Part shown: positions 1 to 11,040 of the stretch, in pieces
Numbering within the stretch: the stretch's first letter is position 1
Layout: each line of letters opens with the position of its first letter
IMG/VR virus record: IMGVR_UViG_2808606540_000001
Span: 61,095-125,094 of that record
Reading direction: 5' to 3' (one strand)
Source of the DNA: a virus
DNA length: 64,000 nucleotides
Translations under genes and position numbers: made by a program
Notes under the pieces: model-generated
Told to the model about the DNA's origin: nothing
The model's database searches: none
Seen by the model: only the letters and a program-made list of their open reading frames with translations

Positions 1-33
1 CTTATATTTTAATGATACAAGTTTACTTGACAT
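1..33 (-). CDS. 5' end of a gene running off the window (MSSKLVSLKYK...), first gene downstream of the arbitrium locus
   Basis: ATG at 33-31 preceded by AGGAGGC RBS (47-41) and a sigmaA promoter; frame open to the window edge. Confidence 0.6.
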   Translation of the reverse strand, partial: MSSKLVSLKYK

Positions 34-75
34 TGAGACAGCCTCCTTGACTAAAACAGTTATCTTATATTTCTT

Positions 76-104
76 ATTATATAAGCACTTAGTCTCAATG
101 TAAA
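76..104 (-). promoter_or_regulatory. sigmaA-type promoter TTTACA-17-TATAAT for the operon downstream of aimR-aimP
   Basis: Minus strand reads TTTACA ttgagactaagtgctta TATAAT, upstream of the RBS/ATG at 33. Confidence 0.75.
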
Positions 105-143
105 GTATTTAATTGTTTTATTTTAAAAAATATAGTTAAATAA

Positions 144-177
144 GCAGGTGTTAGATTGTTTTCTAATACTACCTGCC
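144..177 (-). terminator. Probable terminator hairpin after the aimX-position ORF
   Basis: Imperfect inverted repeat gcaggtgttaga...tctaatactacctgc just past the stop at 192. Confidence 0.5.
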
Positions 178-191
178 TATAACTATATAAT

Positions 192-398
192 TCACGCATA
201 TTGTAGCTCATCTTCTGTGTAGTTTGTTTCTGGCTCTGTGAGGTTAATAAAGGAGTCTGAAGCTAAGTCATGATCACATTTGCAAAGTGTCTTCCAGCAT
301 AAGCAGCATTGCTCTTCTTTAGCTTCGTATTTGAGGGTAATTGGCAGGTAAGCATATTGTAGGCGAGATAGTGAGTAAACTTCATTTGATTTTTTCAT
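192..398 (-). CDS. Small Cys-rich protein (68 aa) at the aimX position
   Basis: ATG at 398 with GGGAGG RBS (better than the TTG at 428); CCLC..LCKC motif; directly downstream of the aimP terminator. Confidence 0.6.
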   Translation of the reverse strand: MKKSNEVYSLSRLQYAYLPITLKYEAKEEQCCLCWKTLCKCDHDLASDSFINLTEPETNYTEDELQYA

Positions 399-469
399 TT
401 TAATATTCCTCCCTAGTTTTAGTTCCAATTTTGGCTTATCCTAAATTTGGATTCTTTCTTTTTAACTAC

Positions 470-506
470 AAAGGGTGTCCAGTGGAATTTACCACGGACA
501 CCCTTT
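470..506 (-). terminator. Strong hairpin/terminator between aimP and the aimX-position ORF
   Basis: aaagggtgtcc(a)gtgg-aattta-ccacggacacccttt, 15-bp stem with one bulge. Confidence 0.75.
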
Positions 507-543
507 AATAGTATGTATTGCTAATTATTGCTTAAGTTTTAAT

Positions 544-693
544 TCACCCCGGAGGACGAGTTCCTTGACCCGGATCTAGCATCGGCTGAACTAATGCAGC
601 TGACTCAGTTGTTTCGGTTGTAGTTTTTACAACGCCTACTACACCAGCAAGTAGCATAGTTGAAACAGCGATTTTAATAATGATCTTTTTCAT
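544..693 (-). CDS. aimP: Arbitrium pro-peptide, 49 aa: MKKIIIKIAVSTMLLAGVVGVVKTTTETTESAALVQPMLDPGQGTRPPG
   Basis: Translated by hand (not in ORF track); AGGAGGTG RBS; basic N-terminus plus hydrophobic signal peptide; Gly/Pro-rich C-terminus; 30 bp downstream of aimR. Confidence 0.9.
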   Translation of the reverse strand: MKKIIIKIAVSTMLLAGVVGVVKTTTETTESAALVQPMLDPGQGTRPPG

Positions 694-723
694 GTATTTC
701 ACCTCCTTTCAAGCTTCGACATT

Positions 724-1878
724 TTAAGCACTTAATACTTCAATGATATTCTGATTAATCCCTTTTACCTGCAACTCTCTAATCGGGAGCATTTTGTAAA
801 ACTTATCTCCTGATTCGTTGAAATACTTTATAGATTTATAAAGCATATTTTCATCATCAAAAAGCAGAGCTTGATAATAACAGTTAAATGCTTTCTGATA
901 AACTGAAAGTTCATCAACTTCTATTTGAGCTAGTACAGCTTTACCTTTTTCTATTTCGCCATTTTTAGCATAGTAGAAGAGTTCATTACTTAAGTCTCCA
1001 TTAAACACGTACTGATCAAATTTACCCCAAAGGATGGAAAGGAAGTTTTTACTGTTTCTTACTTGCTCCTCTACAACCCCATCAACATTTTCCAAACACC
1101 TGTTATATAATTCTAATGCTTTTTCATAATTTGTTAGCATATATGAGTTACCAATAGTCAGGAAAGCGTAGTATTTTAACGGATCTAAAGCATTTTCAAT
1201 TGCAAAGATGTTTTCTTTTACTTTAGCAGTTAACTTATTATGCAAGTTAACATCACCTTCTATAAGAAATAATCTTGCTAGGAATGATGATTTGGTAAAG
1301 GTGTTGACGATATTATCAATTTCTCCCTTAATATCACTATACAAAGTTTCCATCATTTTAATGTTCCTCATGTCCTCAAAGATATAATAGAGAACAATTT
1401 TAGAATATACTTTCATTTCTGGGCTAGTATATTTTCTTTGAGATAATAAGTTAATTGCCTCAAAAGATCCTAATTCCTTTACCATTGTTAGATGGTCAAT
1501 ATTGTATACATAAGCCCAATCAACACTATGGTCATTATCTGAATTTAGAAGCTTATTAATCATATGAACTTTCATTTCTCTTAGTCCGTACAATGCTGCA
1601 TACTCTATCATGAATCTTGCTGTCATTCTGTTAGGGTTTAGAGTTTTAGCAAATTCGAACATTAGATCGAATTTTTCTTCTGGGAAAAGTTCATGGACAA
1701 TATATACAAAGCTGTCAAACAGTTCAATGTCACCGTCATTTTTTCTTAATGTTTTCATTAAACTTGAGCCGCTAGAGAAACTAGTCATCTTAGCCATCTT
1801 AGTAGCAAGCCCTCTCTCAGATTCCAGACGATTGATCAACATTTGTCTTAGTCCTTTTTGCTCTTCCATTTCCCTCAC
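724..1878 (-). CDS. aimR: Arbitrium peptide receptor (RRNPP family, HTH + TPR repeats)
   Basis: 384 aa helical TPR-like protein (IGNSY..NYEKALELY; SIKYFNESGDKFY C-terminal motif) followed by a secreted peptide gene in an SPbeta-like phage. Confidence 0.9.
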   Translation of the reverse strand: MREMEEQKGLRQMLINRLESERGLATKMAKMTSFSSGSSLMKTLRKNDGDIELFDSFVYIVHELFPEEKFDLMFEFAKTLNPNRMTARFMIEYAALYGLREMKVHMINKLLNSDNDHSVDWAYVYNIDHLTMVKELGSFEAINLLSQRKYTSPEMKVYSKIVLYYIFEDMRNIKMMETLYSDIKGEIDNIVNTFTKSSFLARLFLIEGDVNLHNKLTAKVKENIFAIENALDPLKYYAFLTIGNSYMLTNYEKALELYNRCLENVDGVVEEQVRNSKNFLSILWGKFDQYVFNGDLSNELFYYAKNGEIEKGKAVLAQIEVDELSVYQKAFNCYYQALLFDDENMLYKSIKYFNESGDKFYKMLPIRELQVKGINQNIIEVLSA

Positions 1879-1993
1879 CCTTTTACATATTTGTAAATTT
1901 CTTGTTAATATAAATTTACCATCTTTCTGGGTGTTTGTCTATATGTTTATTAAATTATTTTTTCTTAAAGTGTTCATATGCCTAGAATAATAC

Positions 1994-2149
1994 CTAATAC
2001 TGAAATACAAAGGATTCGTAAGAAATAAGCTGATTATCTACCCAATACCGCAGATTTTGACCAAACTCATTCTTTAGCTCATTGACCTTTTTCCTCTTGT
2101 CAAACTGATCTGCAAATTCAATAGTCCCAAAAATTATGTATTCTTTCAT
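1994..2149 (-). CDS. Hypothetical 51-aa protein (MKEYIIFGTIEF...)
   Basis: Hand-translated ORF with AAGGTGAGAAGGA RBS. Confidence 0.5.
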   Translation of the reverse strand: MKEYIIFGTIEFADQFDKRKKVNELKNEFGQNLRYWVDNQLISYESFVFQY

Positions 2150-2417
2150 CGTTCCTTCTCACCTTTCTTATTATATCTATTTATTTTGTTTTGGCAACCG
2201 GAAAAGAAAACTTTTCCAGATTATTTATTCTTCTATGACTATCTTAGTATATGTATCCAATACTTGCCCTGCCAGTAAGCTAATTAGCACATCATTCTTA
2301 CTGGCAGCCATCATTACTTCATCGTATATGCAGCGATTACCGTTATAAATTTTTACATAGTAGGTGTTCATGATGTCATTTACCCTCATTTTCAGTCATA
2401 AATTTCTTATAAAATCA

Positions 2418-3086
2418 CTATTTTAAACGTTCCTCAAATGGTCTAATTCCAACTGTCGAATAGCTTTCAAGAATTTCATCAACTGATTTATTCAGTTCAT
2501 CCAATGTTTTAAATTTGTAATCAAATAACCTTGCATCAGAACTATCATTAATGACTAGCTCCCAATTCTGCATGATGGGATTTTCCCGTACATAATAAGT
2601 AAAAGGAGCTTTATTGGACACAATATCGTCCATAATCCAATTTGTCATTGGTACTCTAACATATCTATCCACATACTCACCAGAAAGACTCTGTACTTCA
2701 TCCATTAATCTATTTACTTTACTAAATAGCCTATCCTTTTCACTCTGAGATGTCTTATCATTAAAAGCATTGTTTGCAAAATCCATTTTAGCTTCATTTA
2801 AAAGCATTAAAGTAAACTCGATTTTGTTTTTTATGTTTTCCATTTGCTTAGTTTGATCTGTTAACCCTAATAAGAAATCAGAACGTTCATTAAAATATAC
2901 AGCAATCCTTGCTAATGTTTCTATTTTTGGTTTAGATTCTCCATATTGCAATTTTTGGAAACCACTTAAAGTTATTCCCAAGTCTGCTGCTACCTCTTTT
3001 TGCCCTAAACGCTTTGTTTCTCTAAGCCATTTTAGCCTTTCAGCCAATACATCCATATAAAAATTCCCTTCCCCGCCCACATACAT
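2418..3086 (-). CDS. XRE-family HTH transcriptional regulator with C-terminal extension
   Basis: RLKWLRETKRLGQKEVAADLGITLSGFQKLQYGESKP, classic HTH_3; start probably at the second Met. Confidence 0.8.
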   Translation of the reverse strand: MYVGGEGNFYMDVLAERLKWLRETKRLGQKEVAADLGITLSGFQKLQYGESKPKIETLARIAVYFNERSDFLLGLTDQTKQMENIKNKIEFTLMLLNEAKMDFANNAFNDKTSQSEKDRLFSKVNRLMDEVQSLSGEYVDRYVRVPMTNWIMDDIVSNKAPFTYYVRENPIMQNWELVINDSSDARLFDYKFKTLDELNKSVDEILESYSTVGIRPFEERLK

Positions 3087-3228
3087 AGTGTTGCTGTGTA
3101 ATTTAATATAGCATTAATTGTTTACATTTCTATCCACACTATGTAATATAATACATAAGCAATACGTATTGAGGCGCAATGACATGATTACTTATATTTT
3201 ATTATACCCGGAAGGAAGATTGCAATTA

Positions 3229-3390
3229 ATGGATGAATTCAAAGGCTATACAGTTGATATGTTTGCAAATGGATTGGACAACCTTTTAAAAAATTCAGTA
3301 GGTGCGACTATGACCTTTACTGATGCATATGGTAACAATGTTGATGTCTATGTTTATATAGATCAGTTTAAAGAGATAATAGAAGAATAA
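3229..3390 (+). CDS. Small hypothetical protein divergent from the XRE gene
   Basis: GGAAGGA RBS before MDEFKG; followed by a hairpin at about 3400-3431. Confidence 0.55.
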   Translation: MDEFKGYTVDMFANGLDNLLKNSVGATMTFTDAYGNNVDVYVYIDQFKEIIEE

Positions 3391-3432
3391 TAGACTGTGT
3401 ACCTGCTTTAAGTTGCAGCTTAGAGCAGGTAT

Positions 3433-3678
3433 TTACTTGCCATTGTATAGTTCAGATAAATCTTTGCTGTAATATTCGTCTTCTGCTTCAGTTACAATAC
3501 CGTCTCTATTGCTATCTGCAGGATCATATTTACTGGGTTCATTATCTCCGAAAAAATGATTCCATAGCATAACAGGTGAGTATAATAACATCATCATAAT
3601 AATAAATAGGATAAAGGTAAAGATGTAGCCAAGTATTCCTTTTGCACCTTCAATAAAATTCTCAAGAGCTGCTTTCAT
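3433..3678 (-). CDS. Small membrane protein with EF-hand-like loop
   Basis: One TM segment, then DSNRDGIVTEAE (DxNxDG..xxE). Confidence 0.6.
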   Translation of the reverse strand: MKAALENFIEGAKGILGYIFTFILFIIMMMLLYSPVMLWNHFFGDNEPSKYDPADSNRDGIVTEAEDEYYSKDLSELYNGK

Positions 3679-3702
3679 TTAGCTCCTCCTGTAGAATAAG
3701 TA

Positions 3703-4578
3703 TTATATAGAATTCATTCCTTGTTGAATTAATGTTGTTAACTGTTCAGTTAAAGCTGATTCACTAGCTCCACTAACAATTCGCCCAATTGCGGTCAAAC
3801 TACCTTTAATAACTCCTACTTTAGGTTCGTTCCCCTCCAGTTGCTCTCTAATTTTCTGTACTTCCGCTTCTAAGTTTGCTCGTTCAGACTCTGCTACATC
3901 TACATTTTCAATCTTAACCTTTATCTGATCAATAATCTTGGATAACTGTTCTAAATCATTATTAACTTGTTTTGAGGATGTTGTTCCTTGTTGAAGTTGC
4001 GAATTATACATATTATGGATATAAGTTACATATTTAGAATCAGAAGCTGTTTCTTTTTCTTCTTCTGAAAAAGTCATCCCTTCACCTAATATACCGTCTT
4101 TTTCTAATTTTAAAGACCAATCTAATATTGTAGATTTAACAAAATCCAATATTTTAAATATTTGATTCCTTGGTATATGAAGTGAGGCTTCTAGCCCTAT
4201 ACTTTGATATAGGTTAGTTGATGCTTCGCTTGGAAATTCCATACGAAACCCTTCGGTAGAACTTTGGTATAATTCTTCCAATTCTGCTATAGACTGTGAA
4301 ACCAACCTAGTTGAATACGCTTCTTCAGTTTCATCGTTAGGAAAGTGTACTATCTTCCATCCATGATAAGGATTAAAAGCTTTAACATTACCTCTTATCA
4401 CTCTGTATTTTGGTATCTCTGCATTTTCCTCATATCCAAATAATTCAGCTTCAATCCACTTTGAGAATTCTTCTAGTTCAAGTTTTTTAGCTATAATATA
4501 ACCCTTTCTTACAAGCTCGGATACCTTTTCGTTACTATTCCACGCAGCTAATTGAAGATCCAGTACCAATGAGTTCAA
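3703..4578 (-). CDS. AbiTii-domain protein (putative abortive-infection/defence)
   Basis: N-terminus SLVLDLQ..A......VSELVRKGYIIAKKL...EF..WIEAELFGY......PKYR resembles AbiTii. Confidence 0.75.
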   Translation of the reverse strand: MNSLVLDLQLAAWNSNEKVSELVRKGYIIAKKLELEEFSKWIEAELFGYEENAEIPKYRVIRGNVKAFNPYHGWKIVHFPNDETEEAYSTRLVSQSIAELEELYQSSTEGFRMEFPSEASTNLYQSIGLEASLHIPRNQIFKILDFVKSTILDWSLKLEKDGILGEGMTFSEEEKETASDSKYVTYIHNMYNSQLQQGTTSSKQVNNDLEQLSKIIDQIKVKIENVDVAESERANLEAEVQKIREQLEGNEPKVGVIKGSLTAIGRIVSGASESALTEQLTTLIQQGMNSI

Positions 4579-4606
4579 AACATACGCTCCCCTTAAAATG
4601 ATTATT

Positions 4607-5585
4607 TCAATTGGATTTTACCCAATCTTTTCCAAAACCTTCTTTGCAATATTTCCCTGTTTCAAAAGACATAGTGTGTAAAACAATTTGCAAAACAGTT
4701 TCCATTTCTCTATGCAGCGTCATATAATGCTCCTCTAGACTATTAATGTTTTGCTCTTCCAAATGACTCCCAGTTAAAATAAAATGGATGTCTTGTATAA
4801 CATCGCTATTCCCATAAGGTCTTTTGGGATCAATTCGAGGTGCTCCTGTTTCAATATCTCTCCAGCCTACATACATATTTTGCAGAAGCTTTAAATGCTC
4901 TGATTTTAGTTCGAAAGATTCTCTAAACTCCAACACCTCCCCCCCAACTCCTTTTATCCAAACAATTGTATGCCATTAGGAATACATCTCTCTTAATTCT
5001 TCATTAATTTCATTTAATTTTTGCTCATCCGGTAACGATAAGTACAATTTAGATAGTAAATCGAATATCTCCACATTTTGTTCTCTTGATGCTAAAGAGT
5101 ATTGCTGTTCAGTTTTCTCTTTAATAATTTCTAGAATTGCTCGAAGTGAATCTGTTTGAATTGTGTTCATACTATTGAAAAGTGCCATAGCCTTATTTTG
5201 AAACTTCACTTTTGCCCTCTCGTGATCTAATTGAGATTCCAATTCCATTATCCGTTGTTTCATGCTATCACCTTCATCCTTTCTATATAGATTATTTCTT
5301 GCCAAATGTCATTGTAATCAATTCGTTTACCTGCTTCTCATCCATTCCAGCTTCCAGCATCTGCTGTCTAAGCCTCTCAATTGATTTCTTACTTGCAATG
5401 TCTTCATTCTCTTTAAACTCCTCAAAATGAGTATTACAGTAAAACTGGCTGCTATATCTTTCTCCATTATTCCAGCTTGCAGGTGGCTCACCTATTCTGA
5501 CTTCTGTTGTTGCTAGTGAGTCACACTTCCAACATTTATTATCACCGTGATAAGTTAAGTAAGTAGTTCCTTCATAAGGTGGCAT
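4607..5585 (-). CDS. Three small hypothetical phage genes (4607-4936, 4976-5263, 5292-5585)
   Basis: ORF track, RBS-preceded; 4607-4936 has an IDPKRPYGNSD motif; 5292-5585 has CxxC/CxxH. Confidence 0.6.
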
Positions 5586-6074
5586 TTGATCTCCCTCTTT
5601 CCAATTAACTACTTAAATTTTACCTTATTCTTTCCAGTTATCCTACAACAATTATTAATATTCTAACTGCAAAGAATATCTTTCTTAATTATTATATTAG
5701 TTTGTTTTATATTAAATGTCAACCAAATTTTGCTATCCATAATACATTTTCTTTTCCCGGTTCCCAATCTGCAGTCAGTGACCTTTTCAATATGTTAGGA
5801 TCTGCTGCCACTTCAACTTGATAAGGCTGTGATTCCATAGTTAATTTATGCTGCAGCTCATACCTCTCAGGCTCCTTCTTAACAATTAACGCATACATTT
5901 AACCACTCCTAAACCATCTTATTAGCCCACACATCAAACTTAACTGGCGGAATACCCATAGCACTGCACATTGATTTATAAGCCTTATATTCTTCTCTGA
6001 GTCTAATTATTAACATATCTATTCACTCCGCTTTCTGATATTATATTTAAGTAAATCTAACTGTAGGTGATTGC

Positions 6075-6248
6075 ATGAACAAAGAATTCAAAGGATATGA
6101 TACAACAGTCATTCATGACTTCAAGGATGTTCCTGACGTTAAATCTGGACGTTGTGATAACTGTGATTCCACTAAATTTAAAAGCCAAATTATAGATAGA
6201 ATGTTCGTCCGTGAATGTACTGTTTGCGGTATGAAGAAGAGTATCTGA
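6075..6248 (+). CDS. 57-aa zinc-ribbon protein, opposite to surrounding genes (moron-like)
   Basis: Hand translation MNKEFKGYDTTVIHDFKDVPDVKSGRCDNCDSTKFKSQIIDRMFVRECTVCGMKKSI; AGGTGA RBS; hairpin at 6255-6275. Confidence 0.7.
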   Translation: MNKEFKGYDTTVIHDFKDVPDVKSGRCDNCDSTKFKSQIIDRMFVRECTVCGMKKSI

Positions 6249-6866
6249 TATGTAGCCCTGTATCTGTACAGGGTTTTATAATGATTTTAATCCAAACCTA
6301 TTCTTCAAATGTTTCTTCTTCTCTATATCCTTTTCTAAGTCATTCCTCTGGGCAATCATTAAAGTTAACTCAGTTTGTTTCTGTCTGATCAAGGTGTTGA
6401 GTTCGTTTAGCTTTTCTGATTGCTCTTTAAGTTCTTCACTCACACAATCACACCTTATATTTAATTATTTAATTTGTCCGAAACATGAATTCCTTTATCT
6501 TTTAATTCTCCAATAAGTTGTACTATTAGGTCTGTAAGCATTGTAACTTGGCACTCCAATTGAAAAATCCTATCTTCATTTGTTTCTTCAGGCATAAAAG
6601 GTTTCATTCTAATTCCCTCCTTACAATTTTGTGTCTAATATTCCGATATAACTTTCATTTTATGCAAAATACCAAATAGACTTTTTACACTGGTTACAAG
6701 TTATTCCTGTTTCATCATGTTCCGCCCAAAATTCATATTTCTTAACGTCCTTTCTTACAAGCAAGCCTCTTTCATCATCTTCTGAATCCTCATATGGAAC
6801 AAACTCCATTTCATTACCACAATCACAGACAAGTTTCATTTCCTACTCCCCAATCAAATATAATTT

Positions 6867-9800
6867 TTAACTGAATTCTGATTTACTCCAACAATATCCA
6901 TCCTTATCTTCAAAATCCCCTCTAAATTTACCTTCATTTAACCCTAGAAATTCTTTCTCTAATTCTTCCCATGTCATCACATATCCATATTCATCTACGA
7001 CTTCATATTTATCTTTGTTTTTATTATAGAAGGATCTCATTTCTGAAACAGTGTTGTATAGCTCATTGTTTGTCTTAAGTAAAACTTTCCACCCATATGC
7101 AAACTGCCCTATATGAATCAGACATTCTTCATCGGATATTTGAGTAGCGTTCTCAATATCCATCTTCTTAAAGACTAAATTTCTTTCAAAATTCTCTTCC
7201 AAGATGGAAAATATCTTATTTACATGTTCTTTTATCTGGCTGTTAGCCTTGTTAATTCTATTGTATCCTTCTTTATCTCTAAAGTAATAATTTGTACTCA
7301 CGCTTTTCAACTCCCTTTAAAAGATATTTTTTATTCCCTAATTCCTACTCAGCAACATCTTCTTAACCATCTCAATTAGAAAAGGTGACTTTGAGGGAAA
7401 GATAAACTCCTGACCCTTCCCCTTCTCTGTATATTCTTCAGCATCCTTAAAAAGTCGGGCAAAATTAAACTCGCTTATATCCTTATTCATTGTCCCATCC
7501 TAGAATTTTAAGATGCTCTTTTTCCTCTTCATACTCCCTGTGGGAAATCCAATCATTAATTTCATTTAGACGTTCTTTCAAGTCATCTAGTTCCCTATTA
7601 AGCTTGTCGATATAGTATTCTGACCTTTCCCTGCTTAGCTCATTTTCCGTCTCATTAATAAACTCTTCATATTGAGATCTGTAAAATTTCAAATCATTCA
7701 AATCCATACCTGAAAGATTATCAGCCATATAACATTCCCATTCCCCTTTTTTAAAGTGTAAGTTCATACTGGCAAATTTTTCATAGAAAATCAATCATTT
7801 ATTTAGTTTGCACAAGACCATTCTCTATTTCCTCACCCAGCTTCTTGCGTTTCTGATCAAGCAATTCAAGGCTTTCGTCCACTGTATATATCCCTTGGCT
7901 TACTTTCTCAGCAAGCATTAAAGATTCCTTTTTTATTTCTTCAAGATAGTAGTCGTAAATATTCAAATTGCTCACCTCACCTTTCAATATAAAATGGATA
8001 TTTCGTGGTGAATCACTCATCTATTTCTATGGCATATCCTCTTTCTAATTCGTCACATTTGATTCCCTTAATCTCATCTCCAAAATTTCCTACAGAACCA
8101 ACTTTTATTTCAGCATCCATTTCACAGTCCAGTAATAAATTGATCAATTCTCTAACTGTCATTTCAGTATCTCCTTTTCCGAAGTAATCAGATTTTATCT
8201 TAAATTCCTACTCACAACTAATCCCCCGTAATACGTTTGAATGTCATAAAGTATTGTCTTTCCTGTAGAATCGCCTATAAGTTTCCTTGCTAAGTATATA
8301 GCCTTTTCTGGATCTGCTGCCATTACAATAGTCTCTGTAATATACAAATTTTCTTCGAGTGTAACTTTATATAGTTTCATGGTTCCTCCCCTTGAAATCA
8401 ACATTTCATACCAACCATTAGACGTATTCAACAAAAACACGGTTAATTAATGTGTAGCCATCTTGTTTCATTCCCTCAACATAAGCCAGTGTTTGACCTT
8501 TTTCAATTTCATCCAAAGTAAATGTCTCTCTTTGGATGTCACCATCTCTTTTGTGCTTAAATACATATTGAATTTTCATAACATCTTCCCCTTTTCCTAT
8601 AAATTTAGAATTAGATACGAATTTCTTATCTCATATCATCTCTTTGAACTATATAACTTTTAAAATATTCCCAATTTCTTTCTATTTCCTTGATATTTCT
8701 AGAAATATAATTCTCGGCTACTTCATCACTAATTAATCCTTCTGCTGACATCTGATACATCATCTCAATTTTGCTTACAGAATCCGCAAACCCCTGTGCA
8801 TAATTTTTAGCATAGTTTAACCGATATTGTGACAGTCCATGTTTACTCTCCACATTAATTCCTCCTCGTTATTCTCTTGCGAATTTTTACTCTTTATTTT
8901 ACACAAACTAACCTCATGAAAAAGTTCATCGTATACTCATTACTATCCGTCAGTTTCTGTCTCTGGGCTGCTTTAGTTATAAGCAATTTCCTATTCACCT
9001 TATTACCACAACTCACTAAACTGTTTAATTAACTTGTTTCATCTTTAACAAACCAACTAACAAGGTCAATCTCAAAGTATTTAGTTATCGTAACTGCTGC
9101 CCCAATTAGTCCAAAGAACACTCCAATAAACATTATGTATCCCATGATTGACCTCCTTAGTTTTAGAAGCTCATTGCCTGTTCCTGTAATGCGTAAAATT
9201 TAGCTTTATCAAATCCATATTGCTTTTCTAACCGTTTGAATAGTCGCTGCATCTTAGCCTCATATTGACCGTGTATAACGTCAATTAGATGATCATGAGT
9301 AAAGTTAAGGTTCCAGCATTGAAACTTGATATCGTCCATCCATTTGCGTATAAGTAAGGCGTATGTTTTTAACATGGTTATTCTCCTTTATGTGATTGTT
9401 TTGTTTTAATTATTCACTTACCTTTTAATCCATTTCTTTTTATACTAAATTCAGCTAATAAATGTGTTCTTCCATAAAAGTCTATTACCTGATATTCCTT
9501 GCTTAATTCATAGCCCTCACGGAACATGGAAAGTATATGGTCTCTTCTTTCCTCTTCATTTTCATATTCAACTTTTAAAGCTTCCTCAACAAATTCCAAT
9601 GGATATTCCCCCTTTGGTTTTCAAATCTAATAGTTATTTTATTCACTTGTCATATCCAGTAAATAAAGAAGTGTTTTTAATTCCATACATGACACATCTA
9701 CTGCTGAACCTAATCCCTGAACTTCTCCCATTCGATTGATTTGCTGCAGATTATTCTTTTCTAATCTTAATAACAATAGTTCCATTGACCTCTTTAATGA

Positions 9801-11003
9801 TTCAGCTTGACCACGTAATCTATCTTTTGTTAAATCAATATCAATCTGTAATTGCTCTTTCATTTTAATACCTCCATTATTTTTAAAATCACATTCTAAT
9901 TGTCAATTTATTTGGTCATTCTTTTTCTCTAATGCTTTTCGTTTATTTACTTCACTTTCCCAAAGAATTAACTTCCAAAGTGATTTAGTAATAAACTTAA
10001 AAATAAAAGCTATCCCCTTCACGTAAAGCATCATCAGGTAAAAGATTGGAGCTAAAATTACTATTTGAAATAGCATCGGTATAGCAGCTACTAACCAAGC
10101 AGAATTCATAAATTTCTTATAATTCATCTTTCACAGCCCTCTCGAAATAGTTAACTAAAAATTCTTCATGCACTGGATATAATCCTGCAATTAAAACACA
10201 ATTTGTTATTTGCTATTGAAATTAGTCCAGTCATAGCCATTTGCTTTTTGTTTTTCTTTACGTTCCTTTTCTTTGCTTAATACATTTTTCTCTTTAATGA
10301 AACTCATTACGTAGCCGCAGTCTTCACAAACATATTTATATACATCTTCGTAACTATACTGGTATTTTTTATCGCCTTCTACTTTAAATTCTATTTCTAC
10401 TTTATTATCAATGAACTCATGATATATATTCTTATCTTCACCCTCTAGAGTAGAGTAAAGCTCTATTTTAGCTTCTGCTATATACTGACCTTTTTTAAAA
10501 TGATTCCCCTTACAGACTAGGCAGTTAATTTCACTCATTTTTACACCTCTCATAAGTTTTCAATGATCTTTACTGAGTATATTTTCTAGTTTATAGTAAT
10601 ATACCATTAGAATGAATTACTTCTTTTATTCGATCTCTTCAGGGTTAAAGTTAACATTTAATATTCTTGAGATATAAGTGACTGCATCAGTTCTTCTATT
10701 ATCATATTTATAACTTAGGCATATCAACACTGCCTGATCAAATGTCATTGCCATTTCATGCAACGGCTTATAGTTAATGAATGTTGGATAGAGCCATTCT
10801 GCTGCAATGTCTTTTCTTTTAACTTTTGCAATCTGGTAATCATTCATCTCTGTTATTTCCTCGACTGTATAATGCTTACTAAGGTACTCAGTAATTGGTT
10901 TAAGTCTCATTTCCCTTTCTTTATTTTTATCTAAAATATTATTGTACTGTACTTCCTGAACAACATTTAGATTTTTAAAATCTCTTCCTTTAGTTTGCTC
11001 CAT
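6867..11003 (-). CDS. Array of about 15 small hypothetical early/accessory genes
   Basis: Co-oriented RBS-led ORFs of 40-150 aa (e.g. 6867-7310, 7483-7728, 7799-8020, 8626-8853, 9163-9375, 9414-9599, 9639-9863, 9903-10127, 10206-10553, 10626-11003). Confidence 0.65.
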
Positions 11004-11040
11004 TATGTTTCCTCCTTTTTATTCGTATGAAAGACTTGTT

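Noticed and set aside
400..545. Canonical AimR operator (6-bp inverted repeats 25 bp apart)
   Set aside because: No convincing match found by eye; left unassigned.
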